Shown: positions 25,158-34,860 of the stretch, in pieces
How positions within the stretch are numbered: the first letter of the stretch is position 1
Layout: every line of letters starts with the position of its first letter
Source of the DNA: a virus
Strand: one strand, 5' to 3'
IMG/VR virus record: IMGVR_UViG_3300045941_000223
Span: 1-64,000 of that record
DNA: 64,000 nucleotides
Notes under the pieces: model-generated
The model's input: the letters and a program-made list of their open reading frames with translations, nothing else
Told to the model about the DNA's origin: nothing
Database searches by the model: none
Translations under genes and position numbers: made by a program

Positions 25158-26682
25158 TGCGTGGCGCGAGGCGCTGGCTGGCATCCTCGAAGAAGAGCGG
25201 CGCGAGTGGCGTCGCGAACGCGAGCTGATCGAAGAGCAGTCGCGGCGGATGATCGCCGAGCTGCGCATTGAATTCACCGCCCTGCATTCGAACTTCGTCA
25301 GCGGCGTCACCGAGCTGATGAAGTCGGTGCGCGACGGTATCGATGGACAACCGGGGGCGGCAGGTGCGGAAGGTCCGGCAGGACCGGAAGGACCGGCGGG
25401 AGCTGCGGGGGAGAGGGGCCCGGCTGGCGAGCGCGGCGACGCTGGCCCGCCGGGTCTTCCCGGCGAGAAAGGCGACAAGGGTGAGCCCGGCGAGATCGGT
25501 GAGCAGGGAGAGCCCGGTGAGTGGGGTGAGAAGGGCGAGCCCGGCGCAACCGGCGAGAAGGGATTGCCCGGTGAGAAGGGCGAGCGTGGCGACAAGGGCG
25601 AGCGCGGCGACAAGGGCGATCGTGGCGACCCCGGGCCGCAGGGTCTGGTCGGCCTGATCGGCGCAGTCGGCGAGCGCGGCGAGCGCGGTGACAGAGGCGA
25701 GAAGGGCGAACTCGGTCCGCAGGGCGTGCGCGGCGAGCGCGGCGAGAAGGGTGAGAAAGGCGAGAAGGGTGTGCAAGGTGCGCCCGGTATGCCCGGGGTG
25801 CGCGGCGACAAAGGCGAGCGCGGCGAGAAGGGTCTGCCCGGCGACAAGGGCGAGAATGGTCTGAACGGCGTCGGCGAGAAGGGCGAGCGCGGCGAACGTG
25901 GCGAGAAGGGCGAGCGCGGCGATATCGGTGCGCAGGGCCCGGTCGGACTGATCGGCACCAAGGGTGATCCGGGTGAGCGTGGCGAGAAGGGCGAGAAAGG
26001 CGACCGTGGCGATGTCGGTCTGCAGGGCCTGATCGGTCCGATCGGCACCAAGGGCGACAAGGGCGAGCGCGGCGAGAAGGGTGATCCGGGCCCGCGTGGT
26101 GAGCATGGCCAGCGCGGTGAGAAGGGTGAGCGTGGCGAGCAGGGCATCCGCGGCGAGCGCGGCGAGCTGCCGCCGGTGCGCGAATTCAAGTCCGGGCAGG
26201 TGACCTATCGCGGCGAGTGCATCACGCACGCGGGCGCGACGTGGCAGGCTCGCAAGGATACCGGTGCCTGTCCGCCGCATGCCGACTTCGTCTGTCTGGC
26301 ACTGGCCGGGCTCGACGGCGCGAGCCCCGAGATCCGCGGCACCTATTCCGATGAGATCGCCGACTACAAGCGGCTCGATATCGTGGTGCTCAATGGCGGC
26401 TCGTTCATCGCCCGCAAGGATCGCCCCGGGCCGTGCCCGGGTCCGGACTGGCAACTGATTGCCCGGCAGGGCCAGCGTGGCGACAGGGGCGAGAAGGGCG
26501 AGCGCGGTCAGGTCGGACCGGTCGGCGCGATGGGCGTGGCCGGGAAGGATGCCCCGGCCGTCACCGGCTGGCAGCTCGACCGCAAGACCTTCACCGCCAC
26601 CCCGGTGATGAGCGACGGCAGCCCCGGACCGCGGCTGGAGCTGCGGGCGCTGTTCGAGGAATTCGAGACCGAGATCCGATGA
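25081..26682 (+). CDS. Collagen-like (Gly-X-Y) virion protein
   Basis: About 270 aa of G-X-Y triplets (25336-26166) plus C-terminal repeats; N-terminal coiled coil. Confidence 0.85.
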   Translation: MQMTSNGKSETFGQPPSESHADVLLDAWREALAGILEEERREWRRERELIEEQSRRMIAELRIEFTALHSNFVSGVTELMKSVRDGIDGQPGAAGAEGPAGPEGPAGAAGERGPAGERGDAGPPGLPGEKGDKGEPGEIGEQGEPGEWGEKGEPGATGEKGLPGEKGERGDKGERGDKGDRGDPGPQGLVGLIGAVGERGERGDRGEKGELGPQGVRGERGEKGEKGEKGVQGAPGMPGVRGDKGERGEKGLPGDKGENGLNGVGEKGERGERGEKGERGDIGAQGPVGLIGTKGDPGERGEKGEKGDRGDVGLQGLIGPIGTKGDKGERGEKGDPGPRGEHGQRGEKGERGEQGIRGERGELPPVREFKSGQVTYRGECITHAGATWQARKDTGACPPHADFVCLALAGLDGASPEIRGTYSDEIADYKRLDIVVLNGGSFIARKDRPGPCPGPDWQLIARQGQRGDRGEKGERGQVGPVGAMGVAGKDAPAVTGWQLDRKTFTATPVMSDGSPGPRLELRALFEEFETEIR

Positions 26683-26812
26683 CAATCCCGTTGGGTCGTG
26701 GGCGGCTGAACATCCGGCGCGAGACCGCGACCGTGATGTTCTCCGAACGGTATGGGCTGGTACCGAGCATCGTCGTTCTCGGCTTCCGGTTCACTTGGCG
26801 AAAGAAGCGCTG

Positions 26813-27466
26813 ATGGCCGACGTAACCGTCAAGATCCTGCAGGCGGCCAGCTCCTACGCGTTCATGACGCTGGAAGAGGCCAAGACCTTTCTCGGCATTC
26901 CGGCGGTCGATACCAGCGGCGACGCCCAGCTCCAGATGCTGATCGACCAGCAGTCGGCGTGGCTCGCCACCGAGGCCAACCGGCAATTCGCCTACGAGCA
27001 CGTGCGCGAGACGTGGCGCTGGATCGATTGCCCGCCGCAGAGCCCGCGCATCTATCTCACGCACTGGCCGGTCAAGGAGGACGATATCGAGAGCGTCGAG
27101 TCGCCGGAAGGCGTGGTGCTCGATCCCAGCATGTACGAGATCGAGGAAGAGAGCGGCAAGATCACCATCCTCGACGGCATGTGGGAATCGCCGACCGTTA
27201 TCACCTATTGGGGCGGATATCTGCTGCCGATCGAGGCCCCGGCGGCACTCAAGCAAGCGCTCGGCATCGCGCTGCGCAGCGCCCGCACCGAAGCCGCGCA
27301 GGCCGCGGTCGCCGGTATCCGCTCGCTCAGCCACAAGGAAGCGCGGGTGATGTTCTTCGACCCGAACGCCCGTGGCGGCAGTGGGGCGACCGGCGGCGGC
27401 TTGACCACGCAGCAGATGAGTTCAGTGAAGAGCCTGCTCAGCCACTACATGCGGTATCCGGTCTGA
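26813..27466 (+). CDS. Head-tail connector (gp6-like)
   Basis: MTLEEAKTFLGI...D..L..LI; ITYWGGY..P.ALKQA; LLSHY. Confidence 0.75.
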   Translation: MADVTVKILQAASSYAFMTLEEAKTFLGIPAVDTSGDAQLQMLIDQQSAWLATEANRQFAYEHVRETWRWIDCPPQSPRIYLTHWPVKEDDIESVESPEGVVLDPSMYEIEEESGKITILDGMWESPTVITYWGGYLLPIEAPAALKQALGIALRSARTEAAQAAVAGIRSLSHKEARVMFFDPNARGGSGATGGGLTTQQMSSVKSLLSHYMRYPV

Positions 27467-27927
27467 TGGCTGACGGCATCCCGGTCCCGGGCATTCTGAT
27501 CGTGGTCGATAACGCTCCGGTCGGCGAGCAGGTCACCGACCTGATCAACTACCTGAACTATGAATTGCCGGAAGGCATCGTGCGCGAAATGCGGACGTGG
27601 GAAACCGAGGACATGAACCGGCAGTATCCGAACTCGGAAATGTTGGCCGGGCAGGAAGCCTCAGTCCCGGTCCTGACGCCGCGGATGGCGAGCGTCGGTC
27701 ATGGGGAAACGGGAGGCGGGGATTTCGTTCCGCCCCGCCAATATCAGACGCGCGTCTGGCCGCGCTCGCGCAAGGACTTATTGCGGGCCCGCGGCAGCAA
27801 GTTCCGCCCACGTGTCCGCCAGCGCGTTGGCATACGCCGACCGATCCTGCGACCGCAGATGTGGGACATGCTGGTCGATCGCATGCGGACATTGCTCAGC
27901 AAGACGATTGATCTCGCATGGCGGTAG
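27466..27927 (+). CDS. Neck/tail-completion hypothetical protein
   Basis: Coupled TGATG start; RPILRP motif; position. Confidence 0.55.
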   Translation: MADGIPVPGILIVVDNAPVGEQVTDLINYLNYELPEGIVREMRTWETEDMNRQYPNSEMLAGQEASVPVLTPRMASVGHGETGGGDFVPPRQYQTRVWPRSRKDLLRARGSKFRPRVRQRVGIRRPILRPQMWDMLVDRMRTLLSKTIDLAWR

Positions 27928-28280
27928 ATTTCGGAACGCTGATCTATGCGCCCAATTTCGATATGTGGGCGATCCCGGTGACGTTCTATCCGATCGTCTC
28001 GATCCCACTGCAGGGCAGCTACGCCGCCCGCGGGATCTTCGACACCCGGCAGCTCGACGTGCTGGCGCTCGACGGATCGATCGTGTCGGAGCAGCGCACC
28101 ATCCTCGATATCCTGAACTCGGAATTCTCCGTCATCCCGATGCAGGGCGACCGAGTCGATATCCCGACCGACAGTAATCACCAAGTCCACGGCATGTTCG
28201 AGATCACCGACGCGTCCTACAACGCAGGCGGCGAAACCACGCTCACGCTGAAGGAAGTGATGGTTCGCCAGTCGCCGTGA
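27918..28280 (+). CDS. Head-tail joining protein (FII-like)
   Basis: ARGIFD...P.QGDRV...GGETTLTL. Confidence 0.7.
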   Translation: MAVDFGTLIYAPNFDMWAIPVTFYPIVSIPLQGSYAARGIFDTRQLDVLALDGSIVSEQRTILDILNSEFSVIPMQGDRVDIPTDSNHQVHGMFEITDASYNAGGETTLTLKEVMVRQSP

Positions 28281-28981
28281 GCATCAGCGACGATCAGAGC
28301 TACACGTTGATTCTGCGCGACGTGTTGTTCGCCAAGGTCGCGGTGTTGCCGCCGTTCGCCACCTTCACCAAGCGGCGCACCAAGATGGTGCCGGTGCAGC
28401 CGCATCTGCTGCCCTATCTCGGGGTCTACATCATCGACGAGAGCATGGTGCCGGACGGCGACTTCAACGCCGGGAACATCCGCTTCAATCACACCGCGCG
28501 CATCGGCTTCTCGGTGATCATGGCCAACAATGATCAGGTCGTTCTCGAAACCAAACTGGATGCTGCTTTTTGGGCGATCATGAATGGTGTCTGGAAAGAC
28601 CCGTGGCTCACCAACATGCTCGACACCACGCGCTACGGGCAGACGCATCCGAGCAATCCCGACAACACCCGGCTTGAAGGCGTCACCCGCGGCAGTCGCA
28701 AGCACGTATTCGGCAACGCCGGTCTGAACAACGAGATGCCGATCGGCGAGCTGCAGTACGACGTTTCGATCTTCTACCGGACCATCTTTGCGCCGGTGAT
28801 CACCGACGATCTGCTCTTGATCCACGTCGAAACCGCGTTCCCGTCCGGCGGCACGCCCGACGAGATCGCCGCGGTCCAGCAGGTCATCGCCAAGTACGAG
28901 TTCTCTCCGATCGGCACCGATTCCGTGGCGCTGGTGGCGGTCGAGCAACCTGACAGCGCCGCGTTCTCAGGCAGCACATAG
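28277..28981 (+). CDS. Tail terminator-like protein
   Basis: LPYLGVY; position before the sheath. Confidence 0.55.
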   Translation: MSISDDQSYTLILRDVLFAKVAVLPPFATFTKRRTKMVPVQPHLLPYLGVYIIDESMVPDGDFNAGNIRFNHTARIGFSVIMANNDQVVLETKLDAAFWAIMNGVWKDPWLTNMLDTTRYGQTHPSNPDNTRLEGVTRGSRKHVFGNAGLNNEMPIGELQYDVSIFYRTIFAPVITDDLLLIHVETAFPSGGTPDEIAAVQQVIAKYEFSPIGTDSVALVAVEQPDSAAFSGST

Positions 28982-28992
28982 GAGGCAGCGTC

Positions 28993-29292
28993 ATGCCCGA
29001 GCAGGCACAGGACGAGCACAGCAAGATGGTGCGCGAACGTGAAGTCCGTCGTCGCGAGCGGCTGAAGGAGATGACCCGGGTGAGCCAGATTCAGCGGGTG
29101 AAGGTCATCCCGGCCACCGACGAAATCCGCAAGTACGTGAAGCATCCGACCGGCATCAAGTTCGGCAAGTCGGGACCGGCGGAATGGCCGATGGACGGCT
29201 TCACCCGAAAACGGATTCGGGAGGGCGCGGTCAAGCTCGAAGGCGAACCGGCGAAGGCAGCGGCCGAGAAGCGTGCGCCGCGCGCCAGCTAA
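28993..29292 (+). CDS. Small pre-sheath protein (DUF2635/Mu gp38-like)
   Basis: WPMDGFTRKRIREGAV; position. Confidence 0.6.
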   Translation: MPEQAQDEHSKMVREREVRRRERLKEMTRVSQIQRVKVIPATDEIRKYVKHPTGIKFGKSGPAEWPMDGFTRKRIREGAVKLEGEPAKAAAEKRAPRAS

Positions 29293-29332
29293 ACGGAACG
29301 GGAAACAAGCACGAATAGAACAGGAGGCATGA

Positions 29333-30943
29333 ATGCCTATCTCATTTGCTCAGATCCCACAGGAAATCAAAGTCCCGCTCTATTGGGTCGAGGTCGATCC
29401 GAGCAAGGCGGGGCTTCCGACCATCCGCCAGCCCGCGCTCTTGGTCGGCTCGATGCTCTCGACCGGCACGGCACCGCCGAACCAGCCGATTGCGATCGGC
29501 ACGCAGGCGCAGGCCGACGACCGCTTCGGACAAGGCTCCGAGCTGGCCAATATGTTCAAGAGCTTCTTCCACAACCAGTTCTCCGGAGAGGTATGGGGAG
29601 CTGGCGTTCCCGAGACCTCGCTGGGTGCCGGTACGCTTCAAGCGGCGAGTGGAACGATCGTCGTCACCGCGCCGCCGACCGCAGCCGGAACGATCCACTT
29701 GTACGTCGCGGGTGAGCACATCCCGATCAACTGCGGTCCGTCAGACACGATCGATGCCATCGCAGCCTTCATCGCGGAAGCGATCAACGACGATCTCAAT
29801 CTGCCGGTGTCGGCGACTGTCGCGACTGCGACGGTGACGGTGACGTGCCTGTGGAAGGGCATCACCGGCAACGATATCTCGCTGATGCTGAACTACTTCG
29901 GTGCGATCGGCGGACAGGAAGGTCCGCAGGGGCTGGTGCTCACCATGCCTGCGACTGGCTACCTCACTGGTGGCAACGGCGTTCCGGATTGGAACCCCGG
30001 ACCACCCCCGGCCGATCCCACCGTGATCGACAATATGGGCGAGCAGGAATTCGAGTATGTCGCGCTCGCGTGGACCGACACCGAAACGCTGCAGGCGTGG
30101 GATCTGGAGTACGGCTTCACCGACAACGGCCGGTGGGGCTGGCGTCGTCAGCTCTTCGGCCACATCTTCACGGCCAAGCGTGGCCTCTACTCCGATCTGA
30201 TTACGTGGGGCTTGAACCCTGCGATGGGCCGTAACTCGGGCGTGATCTCGACGATGGCGGTCGAGACGAAGAGCCCGACGCCGGTGTACGAGTGGGCCGC
30301 GGCTTACACCGCCAAGGCACAGCGTGCGCTGATCAACGACCCGGCGCGACCGCTGCAAACGCTGTCGCTCACTGCCGTCAAGCCTGCACCGTTGCACGAC
30401 CGGTTCAGCTTCGTGGAGCTGAACTCGCTCGCGGGCAGCGGGTTCGCAATTCAGAAGGCGGGATCGGACGGCTATCCGATGATCGCCCGGGAGCAGACGA
30501 CGTACCAATGGAACTTGTACGGTCAGGGCGACGACGCCTACGAGCTGGTCACCACGTTGGCCACCTTGGCGAAGCTGCTACGCAATCAGCGGCACGCAAT
30601 CACCACCAAGTTCCCGCGACACAAATTGGCCAACGATGGCACTAGATTTGGGCCCGGCCAAGCAATCGTGACGCCGGGAATAATCAAGGGCGAGTTGATC
30701 GCACAGTATAGGCAGGACGAATACAATGGTCTTGTAGAAGATACACGCAATTTCAAGCGTCATCTTCTGGTGGAAAGAGACCCGAATAACCCCAACCGGG
30801 TAAATGTACTGTATCCGCCTGACTTGATCAACCAGCTCCGGATCTTCGCGGTGCTGGCGCAATTCCGCCTGCAGTACGACCGCGGCATCGATGTCGAGAT
30901 CATCGGCCCGCTGACTTCGACCGCGATCACCGGTCGGCTCTAA
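29333..30943 (+). CDS. Tail sheath protein (Mu gpL-like)
   Basis: IPQEIKVPLYWVEVD, FGQGSELA, DPARPLQTL, FPRHKLANDG, PPDLINQLRIFA. Confidence 0.95.
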   Translation: MPISFAQIPQEIKVPLYWVEVDPSKAGLPTIRQPALLVGSMLSTGTAPPNQPIAIGTQAQADDRFGQGSELANMFKSFFHNQFSGEVWGAGVPETSLGAGTLQAASGTIVVTAPPTAAGTIHLYVAGEHIPINCGPSDTIDAIAAFIAEAINDDLNLPVSATVATATVTVTCLWKGITGNDISLMLNYFGAIGGQEGPQGLVLTMPATGYLTGGNGVPDWNPGPPPADPTVIDNMGEQEFEYVALAWTDTETLQAWDLEYGFTDNGRWGWRRQLFGHIFTAKRGLYSDLITWGLNPAMGRNSGVISTMAVETKSPTPVYEWAAAYTAKAQRALINDPARPLQTLSLTAVKPAPLHDRFSFVELNSLAGSGFAIQKAGSDGYPMIAREQTTYQWNLYGQGDDAYELVTTLATLAKLLRNQRHAITTKFPRHKLANDGTRFGPGQAIVTPGIIKGELIAQYRQDEYNGLVEDTRNFKRHLLVERDPNNPNRVNVLYPPDLINQLRIFAVLAQFRLQYDRGIDVEIIGPLTSTAITGRL

Positions 30944-31001
30944 GTTTTCCGGTCATCGGAAAACTTCCCTCACCACTCAAATACTGTCGGAGTAACGAAC
31001 C

Positions 31002-31388
31002 ATGGCACAGAGATTTGCCGGGATCGCCTTCCTGTTCGTGGACGGCGTCCAACTTGCACTTCGCGGCAACTTCACCGTGAGCCCGTCGCCGATCGAGCGC
31101 ACTATGATCGCCGGTCAGGACCGGGTTCACGGCTATCAGGAATTGCCGCGCGTGCCCTACATCGAGGGCGACGTTTCCACGGTGCCCGAGCTGAACATCG
31201 AAGACCTCGATGGACAGACCGACGTGACCGTGATCGCGCAGCTCGCCAACAACAAGCAGTACACGCTGTTCGGCGGGACGTGCAAAGCCGCACTCGAAGC
31301 CAACACCCGCGACGGGCAGATGCGCGTGCGCTGGGAAGGCTTGATCTGCGACGAGATCGACCTAGGCCCGACCGCGGGCGCGGCGTAA
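31002..31388 (+). CDS. Tail tube protein (Mu gpM-like)
   Basis: AGIAFLFVDG...GQDRVHGYQELP..PYIEG. Confidence 0.9.
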   Translation: MAQRFAGIAFLFVDGVQLALRGNFTVSPSPIERTMIAGQDRVHGYQELPRVPYIEGDVSTVPELNIEDLDGQTDVTVIAQLANNKQYTLFGGTCKAALEANTRDGQMRVRWEGLICDEIDLGPTAGAA

Positions 31389-31398
31389 AGGAGGCGTC

Positions 31399-31800
31399 AT
31401 GAACAAGCCGCAACCACGCGAGGGCTTCGTCGCCGACGAGCCGACGCAGGTCGATCTGCAGACACTGGAGCGGGAGCCGGTCATCGAGCCGCTTCCCGCA
31501 GAAGTGTGGCCGGTCAAGGTCAAGCTGATGCACCGCGCCATTCGCAACAACAGTGGCGAGGAAACCCGCGAGCTTTCGTTCCGCGAGCCGACCGGCGGCG
31601 ATATCAATCGCTACGGCAACCCGGTGCGGGTCAATCAGGAAGGCGACGTGGTCATCGACGAGCGCAAGATGACCACCATCATGGCCGCCCTGTCGGGCGT
31701 GCTGCAACCGCTCATCGAACGCATGGACCCGCGCGACTGGAATTCGTGCGCGTATCGGTTACGCGGTTTTTTTCTTCCAGATCCACAGGCGTGGCTCTAG
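31399..31800 (+). CDS. Tail assembly chaperone
   Basis: LSFREPTGGD...MDPRDW; position; ends in a slippery GGTTTTTTT. Confidence 0.85.
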   Translation: MNKPQPREGFVADEPTQVDLQTLEREPVIEPLPAEVWPVKVKLMHRAIRNNSGEETRELSFREPTGGDINRYGNPVRVNQEGDVVIDERKMTTIMAALSGVLQPLIERMDPRDWNSCAYRLRGFFLPDPQAWL

Positions 31801-31970
31801 ACGACGAGAACATCATTATCGACTGCTATCGTCTAGCGCGCTGGTATCACCAGCCTCCGGATCTTTTCCTGAACATGCCTGTGAGTACGGTGCGGCTGCA
31901 CTTGCTGCGCACGATCCAGCTCGCGCGGATCATGCGACGCGAGGCAGCGGACAGCGAAGACAATGCCTGA
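31765..31970 (+). CDS. -1 frameshift extension of the tail assembly chaperone (G-T type)
   Basis: GGTTTTTTT at 31765-31773; the -1 frame is open to 31970 (LARWYHQPPDLFLNMP). Confidence 0.75.
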
Positions 31971-34860
31971 ATTCCAAGAGCTGAAGATCACCGTCTCGCT
32001 GCAGGACAATCTCAGCGCCGTGCTGGCTGAGATCAAGAAGCACATTGCCGAAATGCAGCATGTCAAGGGACATGACAAGCTGGGCGAGGAAGCGAGGAAG
32101 ACCGGCGAGCAAGTGAAGAGCCTGACGCATCACACCGGTCTGCTGGGGTTTGCGCTCGGCTACGCAACCAACGTGATCTGGGGCGCGCTCGATGAATTCA
32201 AAAAGAAGGCGGTGGATCTGGTCGCTAATACCAGCAAGTTGCGGAGCTGGGCCGAGGGCATGTCCGACTTTGCGCAACTGGCCAGACGACTTGGCGTGCA
32301 TCAGGGCGAGTTCAAGGCCGTGCATGATCAACTGATCCTGCAAGGCTTCACGTCGCCGCAGGCTAAGGAATTCATGGCGCAGATGGCCAGCATAACGGAC
32401 AAGATCAAATACAGTCCGCAATTCAACGAGATCAGAACGAAGATGCTCTCGTTCGCTGGCACGAACGTGGAGCTGTTCAACAAGCTGAAGGACTTGCTCG
32501 ACGAGTACGAGATCGCTGACACCTACGAGAAAAAAGCCAACGTCATCATCCGGTCGGTGCAAGCGGTCCGCGACAATCTCTTGAAACAGCCGGGCATGGC
32601 CCCGGAAACGGCAGCGAGAGCAGCGAGGGTATTCGCCGAGCAGGCGTGGGGTGTTGGTCCAGAAGTGGTCGGCATGAGCAGGCTGCTCGTCGAGCACTCC
32701 AGAGAGTATCTGGACAACATGGGGCGGATGGTCGTCGAAGCCGAGAAATACATGAAGGTGATGCACAATCTGGAGTACCAGACGCAACGGATCTCCGATG
32801 TGTTCATGCGCCTCAAATTGGCGATCTTCGTGATACCCGAGGAATGGAATGCCAAAGCCTACGAGAAGACGGCCGATCTGCTGGAATGGCTCACGTTGGA
32901 GCTATCACCAGAGGAAAGAAAGAAGCTCGAAGAGCGGTTCGGTGAGAAGTTGCGCGAGCGCACGCAGCAGCAGCGACCGCAGCGACCACCGGGGGCACCG
33001 CGCGGTGGGATGCCGTGGCGCTTCATGGGACTCGCCGACGAGAATAAGAAGCTGATCGAGCTGCACGATCAGGTGAAGGAGAGCGCCGACTACTTTCAGA
33101 TCATAACCAACGATCCGCGCCGCAGGGCACTCGGTCTGCTGTCAACACAGATGGGCGGGCTGGGCGCTGGGCTCGGCGGCGGCGACGGCTTCGGCGGCGG
33201 TGGCGGTGGCGGTGGTGGCCGCACCGGCACCGGAGCTGGCGCTGGCTATGGTGGCGGTGGACCACCGACGCCGCACTCGGGGGCCGCGCCGGGGAGCCGC
33301 GAGCAGGCATCGTCCGGCGGCGCTTCTGGTGGCGGGACGCCGTACTACTATGGCGGCAAGGTCACGATCGGCGACAAAGAATTCAATTATGGCACCGGCG
33401 GCGGTGGGCGCGGTGCACTCCCGTACGGGACTTACTCGGTCAACATCGGCACCGGCGACATTGGGCCGCTCGGCAGATCACGGCTCGGCTCGGTCGCTAC
33501 CATCGGCGGCTTGGGCGGCGTCGTCAACGACCCGCGCTATCCGGGCGCACCGCGACAAGGGATTCAGATTCACGCATCAAGCAGCCAAGACCTCGATCGA
33601 TTGTATACCGCCGGATGTTTCGCGGTGCCGAAGTCGCAGTGGCCAGCCTTCAAGCAAGCGCTCTTGGAGGAATCCAAGAAGGGGCCATTGTCGATAAATC
33701 TTGATCGAAGCGGGAGCGCGAGGATCGGGCCGACTTCGAGTATCACGGCTGCGAACCAGAAAGGTCACAATGCGCCGCAGGGCGGCGCGGAGGGCGAAAG
33801 CGATCCGATGGTTCTGCCGTGGAATTCATCCCATCCCGGTGGCGGTGCCTCTTGGGAGGCGCGGCAGACGCCACGCTACTATCGCGGCAAGGTCACGATC
33901 GGCGGGAAGGAGTTCGACTACGGCACCGGTAACATTGGTCGTGGCGCTGTTCCATGGGGAACCTACCCGATCAATATCGGTGCCAATGACATTGGGCGGA
34001 AGGGTAGGAAACTTGGCTCGGTTGCGACTCTCGGAGGTTTGAACGGGATCATCAACGACCCACGCTATCCCGGTGCACCGCGGACCGGAGTTCAGATCCA
34101 CGCGTCAAGCAGCGCAACTCTCGATCGATTGTATAGCGAGGGATGCTTTGCGGTGGCGCGGGCACAGTGGCCAGACTTCAAAGCCGCGCTCTTGGAAGAG
34201 GCGAAGAAAGGGCCATTGTCGATCAATCTTGATCCGAGCGGGCGCGCGATCATCGGCGAAACTTCGGAAGTTACGGCTCAGGCCAGTCGCAGTGGTGGGT
34301 TCGACGAAGGTGGTACGACCGGGCTTGAATTGTCCCGCGCTGGTCCACGCGGCATCTCAGCACGCGCGTCCGAGATTGCATCAGAACGTCAGCAGATGGC
34401 GGCGACCCGCTTCATGGCGAGCGAGGGCGGAAGCGGGACATACACTCCGTCACCCGAGCAGCAGCAACGCATGCAGAAAATCAGCGATGTCCTGCCGCGC
34501 TCGGCCAACGTGATCGATCTGAGACCGTATTCAAATGTCACCAATCCATTTCTACGCAAAGGTCTGATGGCGCGCGGAGGATGGAGCACCGAAGAGCGGC
34601 TACGCGCCGATTTTGAAAGAAGGATGGCCAAAGAGCACGAAGAGATGGCCGAAGAGATGCGGCGTGAGCTGGACCGCGACATGGGCACCGAGATCGACGG
34701 CGGCGAGGTTGAGGCTGGTGGCAATGTCGATGTTGAGATCCCGCCGGGTGTTGGCGCACCTGCGTCGCAGAACCTGTTCTCTCCGGTGCCGTTGAACCGG
34801 CAGACCATGATGGATCAGACGCCGAGAGGGCGGCCTTCACAGATTCCCGAGGCTGAATAG
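31963..34860 (+). CDS. Tape-measure-like protein 1 with two tandem L,D-transpeptidase/Tlde1-like domains
   Basis: Helical N-half; Gly linker; duplicated domain with G(I/V)QIHASS...LY(T/S).GCFAV. Confidence 0.75.
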   Translation: MPEFQELKITVSLQDNLSAVLAEIKKHIAEMQHVKGHDKLGEEARKTGEQVKSLTHHTGLLGFALGYATNVIWGALDEFKKKAVDLVANTSKLRSWAEGMSDFAQLARRLGVHQGEFKAVHDQLILQGFTSPQAKEFMAQMASITDKIKYSPQFNEIRTKMLSFAGTNVELFNKLKDLLDEYEIADTYEKKANVIIRSVQAVRDNLLKQPGMAPETAARAARVFAEQAWGVGPEVVGMSRLLVEHSREYLDNMGRMVVEAEKYMKVMHNLEYQTQRISDVFMRLKLAIFVIPEEWNAKAYEKTADLLEWLTLELSPEERKKLEERFGEKLRERTQQQRPQRPPGAPRGGMPWRFMGLADENKKLIELHDQVKESADYFQIITNDPRRRALGLLSTQMGGLGAGLGGGDGFGGGGGGGGGRTGTGAGAGYGGGGPPTPHSGAAPGSREQASSGGASGGGTPYYYGGKVTIGDKEFNYGTGGGGRGALPYGTYSVNIGTGDIGPLGRSRLGSVATIGGLGGVVNDPRYPGAPRQGIQIHASSSQDLDRLYTAGCFAVPKSQWPAFKQALLEESKKGPLSINLDRSGSARIGPTSSITAANQKGHNAPQGGAEGESDPMVLPWNSSHPGGGASWEARQTPRYYRGKVTIGGKEFDYGTGNIGRGAVPWGTYPINIGANDIGRKGRKLGSVATLGGLNGIINDPRYPGAPRTGVQIHASSSATLDRLYSEGCFAVARAQWPDFKAALLEEAKKGPLSINLDPSGRAIIGETSEVTAQASRSGGFDEGGTTGLELSRAGPRGISARASEIASERQQMAATRFMASEGGSGTYTPSPEQQQRMQKISDVLPRSANVIDLRPYSNVTNPFLRKGLMARGGWSTEERLRADFERRMAKEHEEMAEEMRRELDRDMGTEIDGGEVEAGGNVDVEIPPGVGAPASQNLFSPVPLNRQTMMDQTPRGRPSQIPEAE

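Noticed and set aside
25030-26685. Pro/Ser-rich - strand ORFs
   Set aside because: Shadows of the collagen G-X-Y repeat.
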